From NCBI GenBank assembly GCA_044225365.1, contig JBGAIQ010000002.1, positions 160,001-224,000 of the forward strand: DNA of 64,000 nt, written 5' to 3'. This DNA is from Planctomycetota bacterium (lineage in GTDB: Bacteria; Planctomycetota; B15-G4; JADJEK01). The notes beneath the pieces are model-generated. The model searched no databases. It was given only the letters and a program-made list of their open reading frames with translations, and was not told the origin of the DNA. A program made the position numbers and the translations under genes. This document shows positions 1-9,894 of this stretch, piece after piece. Within the stretch, counting starts at the first letter, position 1, and every line of letters starts with the position of its first letter.

Positions 1-461
1 GGGCCGTGCAGCAGCGCGCGGAGGAACGACCATCGCGCGGGGTCGCCCTCGGGATCGTCCGGTCCGGGGAAGGTGCGATGATGACGCAGGTGCGAGATGC
101 GATAGGCGTGCCCACTCTCGAGCAGCAATGCGCCGACCACGAAGAGCAGGATGTCGGTGGTCGTGCGGCCGATTCCGAACGACGCATGGACGAGGTCGTG
201 GGTCACCGTGACGACCGACACGAACAGGAAGAACACGCAGCACATCGCGAGGAAGACATGACCGCACGCAAGGGCCATGAGCGTCGCCGCGCAGCAGACC
301 GCTGGGCAGAGCAGTGCGATGAGCCGCTCTCGTCGGTGAAGAGTGAGGAGATCGGTCCCGAGCGAGTCAAGGCCAGGGGGGCGCGGGGGCGAGGGCGGTG
401 CCCCGTGTCGCGGGGACGAAGCGGAGCGAGGTCTCGTACGGTCGACGATGACGGACGCCAT
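1..461 (-). CDS. Fatty-acid desaturase-family membrane protein, partial (runs off window start; absent from ORF track)
   Basis: Manual translation from ATG 461 (GAGGAGGT SD upstream): ...VVTVTHDLVHAS...SGHAYRISHLRHHRTFPGPDDPEG, with His boxes HDLVH and HLRHH plus hydrophobic segments. Confidence 0.8.
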   Translation of the reverse strand, partial: MASVIVDRTRPRSASSPRHGAPPSPPRPPGLDSLGTDLLTLHRRERLIALLCPAVCCAATLMALACGHVFLAMCCVFFLFVSVVTVTHDLVHASFGIGRTTTDILLFVVGALLLESGHAYRISHLRHHRTFPGPDDPEGDPARWSFLRALLHG

Positions 462-1971
462 GGCGCGCTACCTCCTCGATCATGTCGGCAGCCACGAAAC
501 GACTCGCTGCGATGCATGCGACCGTGCCGAGTCCCGGCCAGGTGCCGTCGCCCACGAGGCGGACGCCGCGGATTCCGAGGTCGTGGGGGACCGCGCGTTG
601 ATTCGCGTTCGCGAGCGAGGCGCGAGTTCCCCCGACGGCCCCGTCGATCCGGCCCGTGAAGCGCTCGTATGTCTTCGGTGTCGCGACCTCATGGACGAGC
701 GGCGCGTCGCCGAGTCGCGGCCAGACCCGGCGCGCAATCGAAAGTAGTGCATCTCCCGCCGCTCTCTTCTTCGCCGCGTAGTCCGCGTCCGCGACGTCCT
801 TCCACGGGGCGAGTTCGCAATGGGTCGAGAGAACGACGGCTCGGTGGCCGGCGGGGGCACTCTCGATGTCCCCGCGTCGCGACGCCGAGACGAACATGTT
901 GTTGCCGTCGCCGAAGGGCGCGTCGTAGTCGACGAGGATCTGATGATGATCGATCTCGCCGTAATCGCCTCCGGAGAGCTCTCGATCGTCGACCCCCAGG
1001 TACACGGCGATGGCACCCCCGCGCGCAGCGGTGTCACGGCGGAGGTATGGGATCAGCGCCGATCCGAGTTCGTAGGGACCGATGCGAGCCGCGAGTTCGA
1101 GCGGAATCGCGACCACCACGCGACGGGCGCAGAGCGTCGCCTTCGACGTCGTCACGAGGAAAGCGTCCCTCCCCGCCGCGCGATCGAATCGCAGCACGTC
1201 GGTCGCGAGTCGCAGGTCGCCGCCTTGACGCCGGAAGTGAGACGCGACACGACGCCAGAATCCGCCCATTCCGCCGAGCGATCGCGAGAGACCGGCGTGG
1301 CGCAATGTGACGCCGAGTGCCGCGTTCACGAGGGGTGCGGTCTCGATGCGCGCGTGGACCGTGTCCTCCACGAGCATTCCGAGGAGTCCTCGCAAGGGGG
1401 TATCGTCCTCGAGCGAGTGGTCGGCGAGCAGGTCCATGAGCGTGCGCCACAAGTGCCGGATCATCGGGAGTCGGACGAGCCCGAGCGCCCGAATCGCCTT
1501 CAAGCCGTCGAAGAGCGATCCGATCGGCAACCGCGCTCCGCGGCGAGTCGCGCGCCAGAACGCGGCCGAGATCGAATCGAGGGCCGCGAAGAACCTGCGA
1601 TGCGAGCCGGTGTCGCCGATGGCCGCGCGTTCACGACGCCATTTCGCATCGTCTCGCCATAGGCGGATCCTCCGGTCGGGCAGCCACGCGTCGTAGGCGG
1701 GGACCGTTTCGAGTGGGAGATCGTGGAGGCCGATCGCCGCGAGCCACTCTGCGCCAACTCCGCCTGGTTCGAAGTCGACGAGGGTCGTCGCGCCGCAATC
1801 GAAGGAGAAGCCGTTTCGGCGGAACGAACCCGCGCATCCACCGAGCCGTGAGTGCTTCTCGAGGACGACGACGGAGAGTCCCGCCGCGGCGAGTCGCGTC
1901 GCCGTCGCCATTCCCGCGATGCCGGCGCCGATCACGGCGACATCGAAGTGCGACTTGCGGCCATCGCTCAA
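367..1971 (-). CDS. Phytoene desaturase/CrtD-like FAD-dependent oxidoreductase
   Basis: N-terminal DVAVIGAGIAG...VLEK...GG and FDCGAT; C-terminal ATPKTYERFT and LVGDGTWPGLG; TTG start at 1971 after GGGAGGTG SD. Confidence 0.8.
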   Translation of the reverse strand: MSDGRKSHFDVAVIGAGIAGMATATRLAAAGLSVVVLEKHSRLGGCAGSFRRNGFSFDCGATTLVDFEPGGVGAEWLAAIGLHDLPLETVPAYDAWLPDRRIRLWRDDAKWRRERAAIGDTGSHRRFFAALDSISAAFWRATRRGARLPIGSLFDGLKAIRALGLVRLPMIRHLWRTLMDLLADHSLEDDTPLRGLLGMLVEDTVHARIETAPLVNAALGVTLRHAGLSRSLGGMGGFWRRVASHFRRQGGDLRLATDVLRFDRAAGRDAFLVTTSKATLCARRVVVAIPLELAARIGPYELGSALIPYLRRDTAARGGAIAVYLGVDDRELSGGDYGEIDHHQILVDYDAPFGDGNNMFVSASRRGDIESAPAGHRAVVLSTHCELAPWKDVADADYAAKKRAAGDALLSIARRVWPRLGDAPLVHEVATPKTYERFTGRIDGAVGGTRASLANANQRAVPHDLGIRGVRLVGDGTWPGLGTVACIAASRFVAADMIEEVARHGVRHRRPYETSLRFVPATRGTALAPAPPWP

Positions 1972-1993
1972 GTAGCACCTCCCATTCCCTGGT

Positions 1994-2533
1994 TCACGAC
2001 TTGCTCTTCCGACTGCGTCGCTTCGCATTCGCGACGAGCGCCTTGAGACCGAGCTTCTGCACGAGTCCTCCCTTCAGGAAGGACTCCGCCATCGACTCGG
2101 CGAGAGAGACGACCCCCTCGATCGCCGCCAGCCGGTCGTGGAATTCACGAGCCTCTTCCGATCGCTCGCCTTCGAGCCGCGGGATCCACTCGCGCAGGCG
2201 CTCGAGCATCGGATCCCACTCGCGGCGCTTGCGAGCGCGGACGATGTTGCGCATGACCTTCTCGAGGTCGGTCTCGGGTCGATACGCGATGGCACGCGAG
2301 CTCTCGGCGCGAGCGGCGTCGATGAGGCCCCAGTCCGCGAGTTCTCGACACGCCATCGACACGCCACCGCGCGACAATCCCACGCCCTCCATGATCTCGT
2401 CGGCGGTCACGGCTTCCTTGCGCGAGATCAAGTACCCGTACACGCGGGCCGTCGTGGGCGAGACGCCCCAGAACGGCCCAAGCTGTCCCCAGAGTTCGAT
2501 GAAGGCGAGGCGAGTTTCTTCGAGGTTCGTCAT
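1994..2533 (-). CDS. GbsR/MarR-family transcriptional regulator
   Basis: FIELWGQLGPFWGVSPTTARVYGYL...ADEIMEGVGLSRGGVSMACRELADWGLI winged-helix signature. Confidence 0.85.
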   Translation of the reverse strand: MTNLEETRLAFIELWGQLGPFWGVSPTTARVYGYLISRKEAVTADEIMEGVGLSRGGVSMACRELADWGLIDAARAESSRAIAYRPETDLEKVMRNIVRARKRREWDPMLERLREWIPRLEGERSEEAREFHDRLAAIEGVVSLAESMAESFLKGGLVQKLGLKALVANAKRRSRKSKS

Positions 2534-2562
2534 GTCGGAACTCTACATCGACCGTTCTGAAT

Positions 2563-2580
2563 TTTCAATAAAACATGAAA
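2563..2580. promoter_or_regulatory. Putative operator palindrome for the GbsR-like regulator
   Basis: TTTCA-ataaaaca-TGAAA, an AT-rich inverted repeat 30 bp upstream of the regulator start in a GC-rich background. Confidence 0.5.
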
Positions 2581-2631
2581 GTAGAAAAACGATCGAGCCG
2601 AAGTCGGCCTCGTCCTCATGCGCAGTCGCGC

Positions 2632-2900
2632 CGCCCGCTTCTGCGATCACGCGTGCTCTTGTCGGGACCGATCCGGAGTTCTCCACGGAGGTTCACGGAG
2701 GTAAGAGGAGGCCCACGGAGGCCAGGAGGTATGAAAGGGGGCGGTCTCGGCGGTCCTGACGAATGCGGGCGCCAACGAGATCGCGTCGGGTTCGGCGGAC
2801 GGCCCCTTTTGAACTTCTGCTCTTCTCCGACCTCCGTGGTCCTCCTCTGACCTCCGTGGTCCTCCGTGTGAAATGAACGACTCCGTCCACACGGACAGCC
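2632..2900. repeat. Palindromic MITE/REP-like element, single copy
   Basis: Arms cacggaggttcacggaggtaagaggaggcccacggagg and cctccgtggtcctcctctgacctccgtggtcctccgtg; homologous to the 16.3-17.2 kb and 44.3-44.7 kb copies. Confidence 0.9.
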
Positions 2901-2960
2901 GCCCATTGCCCCTTGCATCAGCGCCTGCGGTCGTTTGGATTACGCGCGGAGGCAGCTTTC

Positions 2961-4367
<1,407 letters not shown>

Positions 4368-4396
4368 GTCCAACAGGTTGGACGCGAGGCTTGCCG

Positions 4397-4630
4397 ATGT
4401 GGAGAACCGTCTCGATCACCGGAATGCTCCTGCTGGTCGTTGCCTACCTGGCGAACCAGCGGGGTATCTGGACGGCGGACAGCCGCAAGTATTTGTGGGC
4501 CAACGCCGCGGGTGCCGCCCTGCTCACCGCCTATTCGGCGACGATCGGGGAGTGGGTCTTCGTGGTGCTCGAGGGGTTTTGGTGCTTCGCCGCCTTTTCG
4601 GGGCTGGCGCGGCGATCGAAAGTTGGGTGA
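4397..4630 (+). CDS. Small membrane protein (CBU_0592-like)
   Basis: 77 aa with three hydrophobic helices: GMLLLVVAY...YLWANAAGA...FVVLEGFW. Confidence 0.7.
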   Translation: MWRTVSITGMLLLVVAYLANQRGIWTADSRKYLWANAAGAALLTAYSATIGEWVFVVLEGFWCFAAFSGLARRSKVG

Positions 4631-4699
4631 AATACCCGGTAACGGGCAGTGTGCCTCGTGCGTAGCATTGCTCTTTTCGTGGACGTCCGAAGGAGAAAT

Positions 4700-5620
4700 A
4701 TGAGACCGCTCTCGTACCTGGCGGGACTCTCGGCACTGGTGATCACGGGCCTCGCGCTCGCGGCGCCGCCGAAGCCGAAGATCAAGCCTACGGTGGAGTT
4801 CGCCCACACGTGGGAAGCCGCCGTCGCCGAAGCGAAGATGCTGAACCTTCCGCTCGTGGTGCACAATCACGGGTTCTACTGAGGCCCGTGCTGGGGCATG
4901 CATTCTGCCGTGATGCAGAATGACGATTACATCAAGTTCGCGAACGACAACACGGTCGAGGTCCTGGCCCTTGGCAGCCTCGACACCGCCGTACAGAAGA
5001 ACGAAAAGGCCGATCAGGCCAAGATCGCGCGCTACAAGGCGACCGTCAACGGCAAGGAAGTCGAGCTGATGGTCGAGTGGCCGAATCTCACGTACGAGGA
5101 GATCATCGCCCTCAACCAGAGTCCGGCAGGCCAGTACAACAAGTCCGGAGGCATCCCCTACACGTCGATCGTGAATCCGTGGGATCTGAAGGAGATGTGG
5201 AAGCAGCTCGGCGGAACCGGCGCCTCCACGATCATCGCCGCGGCGACCGACGCCAAGAAGCAGCTCGAGAAGGAGCACGGCAAGGGTCTCTCCCGCAAGG
5301 ATCTTCGCGCGTACAACAAGGCGGACGCCGAAGCGACCAAGCTCACGAACGACGGTGAGTTCAGCAAGGCGATCCAGGCCTACGATCCATTCAGCAAGTC
5401 CTCGGCGCAATGGCCTCAGAACATGAAGACCCGCCTCGATGCTGCGCGCAACGCGGTCATCGAAGCGGCGACTTCCAAGCTCGAAGAGATCGAGTCGAAG
5501 GCCGGCACCGATCCGGTCGGCGCCAAGAAGGATCTCGACAAGCTGATGTTGAAGCTCGGCAAGACCGGGCTCGAGCCCAAGGCGAAGGAACTCGCCCAGA
5601 AGCTCGCGACGGGCGGCTGA
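4700..5620 (+). CDS. Secreted thioredoxin-fold selenoprotein (UxxC; Sec at TGA 4880-4882) with C-terminal helical domain
   Basis: AGGAG SD and ATG 4700; signal peptide; WEAAVAEAK..NLPLVV..HGFY-TGA-GPCW continues in frame into ORF 4898-5620; GIPYT cis-Pro motif; hairpin downstream of the TGA. Confidence 0.85.
4883..4925 (+). promoter_or_regulatory. Putative bacterial SECIS element
   Basis: Perfect 8-bp stem CATTCTGC (4901-4908)/GCAGAATG (4915-4922); loop CGTGAT begins 26 nt after the UGA. Confidence 0.6.
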
Positions 5621-5659
5621 CGACTCGAGTTCGACTCGATCGAGGCGCCTCCTCGCCAG

Positions 5660-5701
5660 CGACACGACCCGACGTGCGACAACGCACGTCGGGTCGTGTC
5701 G
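5660..5701. terminator. Perfect 19-bp hairpin after the selenoprotein gene (terminator or stabiliser)
   Basis: cgacacgacccgacgtgcg-acaa-cgcacgtcgggtcgtgtcg; no strong U tract. Confidence 0.55.
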
Positions 5702-5829
5702 TTCCATGCGCGGGACACGGAGAGCGAAATCGAACCACGAACCGGCGCGAAGCAAGAACTCTGCCCGGAAAAGTCCTTTGTTCATCGTCGATTTTTTGGC
5801 TACGTGCCCGGACATTCCACCGTAACCAG

Positions 5830-5992
5830 TGCGCCGATCATTGAAGTTGCGTTACGAGCGACGACAGTGAGAGGTAGAGATGCAGCGAGCCGGATGCGGT
5901 CGTGCGGCGGAAACCCGAACGCTGGCGATCACGGAAGACTCGCTGTTCCTGGAAGGACGGGCCAGCGGGCGCGAGCTCGGTGGCCCTTTTCC
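5830..5992 (+). ncRNA. Candidate structured sRNA or leader ending in an intrinsic terminator
   Basis: Stem cagcgag 5883-5889/ctcgctg 5939-5945 with nested helices; terminator gggcca..GCGA..tggccc-TTTT at 5959-5990; CGTAAC at 5821. Confidence 0.4.
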
Positions 5993-6085
5993 GTTGCAGG
6001 TGCGTCGTCGCGAGTGTCGCAGCGATTCGGCTCGGCGCGATTCGACGGCTTTCATCCCGATCCGCGTTCGAATACGCTGCAGGGA

Positions 6086-6817
6086 ATGGTGACCTTTGCC
6101 CTGATCACGCTCCTCGTCACGTTCCTAGGCGGATGCCTGCCGCTCGTGAAGGACTGGAGCCATCGGCAACTCCACGCCGTACTCGCGCTCGCGACGGGCG
6201 TCTTCCTCGGCGCCGTATTCCTCCACTTACTCCCCGAGATCAGCGCGAACGAGAGCGGCCAGCGGGCGATCTCGCCGCGCACCTTGTGGTTGCTGACGTT
6301 GGTCTCGACGCTCGCCGTGTACCTGCTCGAAGCGCTCGTCTTCCGGTCGCACGACCACGACGAGGCGCACCGCCATCGGGCGGTCGGATACTCGGCGCTC
6401 GTCGGGCTCTCCGTCCATTCGTTCACCGAGGGCATTGCGTTCTGCGTGTTCGCAGCGGACGTGCGCAGCGCGACGCCGTTCTTCCTCTCGACCCTCGGCC
6501 ACAAGCTGCTCGACGGCTTCTCGCTCGCGTCGGTGTTTCGACTCGGGGACATGGGCCGGAAACAGGTGATCTTCTGGATGATCGCGTTCGCATCGCTCAC
6601 ACCGGTCGGCATGCTGCTGGGAGAGCGACTCCTTCCCTGCCTCTCACCGACGGCGTTTGCCGTCGTGTCGGCGCTCGCCGCCGGTACATTCCTGTTCGTG
6701 AGCCTCTGTGAACTGCTGCCGGAAGTCTTCCATCACCGCGAGGACAGCCTCGTCAAGGTCGGTCTTCTGCTGCTCGGTATCGGCTCCTTCATGGCCCTGC
6801 ACGAGGTGAGCGGATGA
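6086..6817 (+). CDS. ZIP-family (Zn/Fe/Mn) metal transporter
   Basis: ATGVFLGAVFLHLLPE, His-rich loop HDHDEAHRH, HSFTEG, HK, GTFLFVSLCELLPE. Confidence 0.9.
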   Translation: MVTFALITLLVTFLGGCLPLVKDWSHRQLHAVLALATGVFLGAVFLHLLPEISANESGQRAISPRTLWLLTLVSTLAVYLLEALVFRSHDHDEAHRHRAVGYSALVGLSVHSFTEGIAFCVFAADVRSATPFFLSTLGHKLLDGFSLASVFRLGDMGRKQVIFWMIAFASLTPVGMLLGERLLPCLSPTAFAVVSALAAGTFLFVSLCELLPEVFHHREDSLVKVGLLLLGIGSFMALHEVSG

Positions 6818-8988
6818 TCCAGTTCTTCCAGGACTGGGGCAGCGCGGTGATCTCGATGATCCTGGAAGCGGGACCTTTCCTGCTGCTCGGACTCTTCGTC
6901 GCCGGCCTGCTGAAGGCATTGCTGCCAGCCGCGGCGATCACGAAGCACCTCGGTGGGAACGACCTTCGCTCGGTCGCTCTCGCGACCCTGATCGGCGCGC
7001 CGCTGCCCCTCTGTTCGTGCTCGGTGATCCCGACGGCGGTCGAGCTCCGCAAGAAGGGCGCGAGCAAGGGCGCCACGACCGCATTCCTCATCTCCACGCC
7101 GGAGACGGGGGTCGACTCGATCGGTGTCACGTGGGCGCTGATCGATCCGCTGATGACGCTCGCGCGGCCACTCGCGGCGATCGTGACCGCGTTCGGTGCC
7201 GGCGCGATCGTGAACTTCCTCGAACGCCGCGGGTGGCTGAAGGACGTGTCGACGGATTCCGTGGCTCCGGCGTCGGATTGTTGCGACGACACGGCGAGCT
7301 GCGCGGCGCCCGTCCTCGACGAGCATGGCCACGGCGACGCCCACGGACACGACCACGGTCACGACCATGAGCACGCGCGCGCGGAGACGGCTGCGCCGGC
7401 GCGGCGCTCGGTGCTCGGCGTGCTTCGCGAAGCCGTCGGCTATGGCCTCGGTCCGCTGCTCGAGGACCTGACCCCGTGGTTCGTCCTCGGATTCCTGCTC
7501 TCCGGACTCATCACGGTCCTCGTGCCGGAGAACTTCTTCGGCGACGTGATCCCTCCGGGCCTTTGGGCGATGCTGCTGATGCTCGCTCTCTCGGTGCCGA
7601 TGTACATCTGCGCGAGCGCGAGCACTCCGGTGGCGGCCGCGCTGATGGCGAAAGGGCTCGATCCGGGCGCCGCACTCGTCTTCATGCTGGCGGGCCCCGC
7701 CACGAACATCGCGACGATCCTCGTCGTCGGTCGCTTCCTCGGATGGCGCTCGCTCGCCGCCTATCTCGCTTCGATCGTCGCCGGATCGCTGCTGTTCGGG
7801 ACGTTGCTCGATTTCGCCTACAAGGTCTTCTCGATCGATGTCACGATCCGGAGCCAGGCGACGGAATCGTCGCAGTTCTCGTACTTCACGATCGCGTGCG
7901 GTGTGGTGCTCGTGCTCGGCGTGCTCCGACACGCCTGGCGGACGTCGCTCCTCTTCACGTTCGAGAGCTGGCTCGCCCGGATCGGTCTCGTTCCTTCTCG
8001 AAGCTTCGCTCGCAGCCTCTTCGTCGGTGCGGTCGTCGTCGTTTGGGGCTCCACGAGCTACTCGGTCGTGCTCCCTGGGCAGACTGGATTCGTCCTGCGC
8101 TGGGGTCGCGTCGTGGATCGCCTGGAAGGTCCCGCGACCGTTTGGCACCTGCCGTATCCGATCAGCCGCTTCGAGGCCGTTTCGACCTCTTCGATCGAGC
8201 GCGGAAAGGTCGGCCTCGAGGAGGGGAGCGCCGCGCCGCCGCCGCTGTCGGCGACGGGGGAGTTCGAGCCGCAGACCGATGACGTCGAATGCGTGACGAG
8301 CGACGAGAAGCTGCTGATCGTCACCTACGCGATCCACTACCGGATCGTCGACCCGTACGTCGCGCGCTTCCAGGTGCAGGACCTGAAGCGGGTCGTCGAG
8401 ACCTGTGCGGCGTCGTCGCTCCGGCGCATGGTCGCGCATCATTCGATGGATGAACATCTCGTCGATCGACGCGAGCCGCTCGAACTCGAAGCCAAGGGTT
8501 ACCTCTCCGAGCAGCTCGAAAAGATCGGTTGCGGCGTCGAGGTCCTGGCGGTGACGTTCGAGTACATGCACGCTCCGCCGCAGGTGCACTATGCGTATCG
8601 CGACGTCGCGAGCTCGCTCGAGGACAAGGAGACGTCGATCAAGAACGGCGTCACTTACAAGCTCGAGCAGATGGCGCAGGCGCGCGCGGACGCCGAGCAG
8701 ATCGAGCAGAAGGCGCTGGGTGATGGCGCACTCGCGCGTGCCGAGGCGACTCGAGTCGTCGCGGGGTTCGAGGCTCTCGCGCCGCTCCATCAGCAGTACG
8801 GATCGACCTTCGCTTCGATGCTCGTGATCGAGTCGTGGAAGAAGTCGATCAAGAACCTGAACGGGGTCGTTCCGCTCGCGCCGAACGTGGCAGTGACGAT
8901 CGTTCAAAAAGGCTCTGGCGCATCTGCCGCCGTGCAGAGCGATGGCGACGGCAAGGGGTCCGCGACGCCCTCCGGAAAGGACGACTGA
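6814..8988 (+). CDS. SO_0444/ArsP-like (DUF318) metal permease fused to a C-terminal HflK-type SPFH domain
   Basis: PLPLCSCSVIP, ISTPETGVDS, PMYICASASTP, AGPATN, Cys/His-rich loop; then SVVLPGQTGFVLRWGR..GP..VWHLPYPI..VTSDEKLL..HAPPQV..AYRDV plus coiled coil. Confidence 0.85.
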   Translation: MIQFFQDWGSAVISMILEAGPFLLLGLFVAGLLKALLPAAAITKHLGGNDLRSVALATLIGAPLPLCSCSVIPTAVELRKKGASKGATTAFLISTPETGVDSIGVTWALIDPLMTLARPLAAIVTAFGAGAIVNFLERRGWLKDVSTDSVAPASDCCDDTASCAAPVLDEHGHGDAHGHDHGHDHEHARAETAAPARRSVLGVLREAVGYGLGPLLEDLTPWFVLGFLLSGLITVLVPENFFGDVIPPGLWAMLLMLALSVPMYICASASTPVAAALMAKGLDPGAALVFMLAGPATNIATILVVGRFLGWRSLAAYLASIVAGSLLFGTLLDFAYKVFSIDVTIRSQATESSQFSYFTIACGVVLVLGVLRHAWRTSLLFTFESWLARIGLVPSRSFARSLFVGAVVVVWGSTSYSVVLPGQTGFVLRWGRVVDRLEGPATVWHLPYPISRFEAVSTSSIERGKVGLEEGSAAPPPLSATGEFEPQTDDVECVTSDEKLLIVTYAIHYRIVDPYVARFQVQDLKRVVETCAASSLRRMVAHHSMDEHLVDRREPLELEAKGYLSEQLEKIGCGVEVLAVTFEYMHAPPQVHYAYRDVASSLEDKETSIKNGVTYKLEQMAQARADAEQIEQKALGDGALARAEATRVVAGFEALAPLHQQYGSTFASMLVIESWKKSIKNLNGVVPLAPNVAVTIVQKGSGASAAVQSDGDGKGSATPSGKDD

Positions 8989-9890
8989 TGAAGAGATTCA
9001 TGCAATGGATCGGCATCCTCGCCGCGATTACGGCGCTGCTCGCTGTTTCGACCTTCCAGGTCGGCGAGGGCGAAGTGGCGATCGTGATGCGCTTCGGCGA
9101 GGTCCGACCCGAACCCGCGGGACCGGGGCTCCACTTCAAGCTCCCGACGCCGATCGACACGGTGATGCGCGTCGACACGCGAACCCACATCCTCGATCCC
9201 AAGTCCGAGGAGTACCTGACGAAGGACAAGAAGAACATCGTCGTCGACGCCTTCATGGCATGGCGCGTCTCGAACGTGCAGCAGTACGCGCTGACGTTCC
9301 GCTCGTCGCTCGAGGCCGAGACCCGGCTCAATGACGTGCTGCGTTCGGTGCTGAACGATGTTCTGCCGTCCCAGGAGTTCGCGGCTCTCATCTCTACGAA
9401 GGAGGGCGGGCCGTCGCTGAAAGACGTGAACGACGATCTCACGAAGCGCACGCACGATCGTGCGATCGACCGTTTCGGTATCGACGTCAAACTCGCCGCG
9501 ATCAAACGCATCAACTTCCCGGGTCAGAACAAGAATTCGGTGTACTCGCGGATGGAGGCGGATCGCAAGTCGCTCGCCCGCGGCTTCCGCTCGGAAGGCG
9601 AAGAGCAATACACGAAGATCCAATCGCAGACCGACCGCGAGGCCGCGGAGCTGCGTTCCGACGCGATGCGCAAAGCCGCGACGATCAAGGCGGAGACCGA
9701 CGCCGAGGTGAAGCGCACTTACGCCGAGGCCGCGGCGAAGGACCCGGAGTTGTGGAATCTGCTCCAGCAGCTCGACCTCGGCGCAGCGGCCTTCGGCGAC
9801 AAGACGACGATCGTGCTGCCGAGCGATTCGCCACTGCTCCTCCCGTTCGAAGCGCCCAAGGCGTCGAAACCCGGCAAGACGGGAGACTGA
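8988..9890 (+). CDS. hflC: HflC-like SPFH protein
   Basis: N-terminal TM, GLHFKLPTPI, LTKDKKNIVVD, VYSRMEADR, RSEGEE; TGATG coupling to the upstream gene. Confidence 0.85.
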   Translation: MKRFMQWIGILAAITALLAVSTFQVGEGEVAIVMRFGEVRPEPAGPGLHFKLPTPIDTVMRVDTRTHILDPKSEEYLTKDKKNIVVDAFMAWRVSNVQQYALTFRSSLEAETRLNDVLRSVLNDVLPSQEFAALISTKEGGPSLKDVNDDLTKRTHDRAIDRFGIDVKLAAIKRINFPGQNKNSVYSRMEADRKSLARGFRSEGEEQYTKIQSQTDREAAELRSDAMRKAATIKAETDAEVKRTYAEAAAKDPELWNLLQQLDLGAAAFGDKTTIVLPSDSPLLLPFEAPKASKPGKTGD

Positions 9891-9894
9891 GCCG

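Noticed and set aside
4880-4882. Genome-wide UGA reassignment to Trp or Gly
   Set aside because: fumC, hflK, hutU and others end in TGA at expected lengths, and the tRNA-Trp has a standard CCA anticodon
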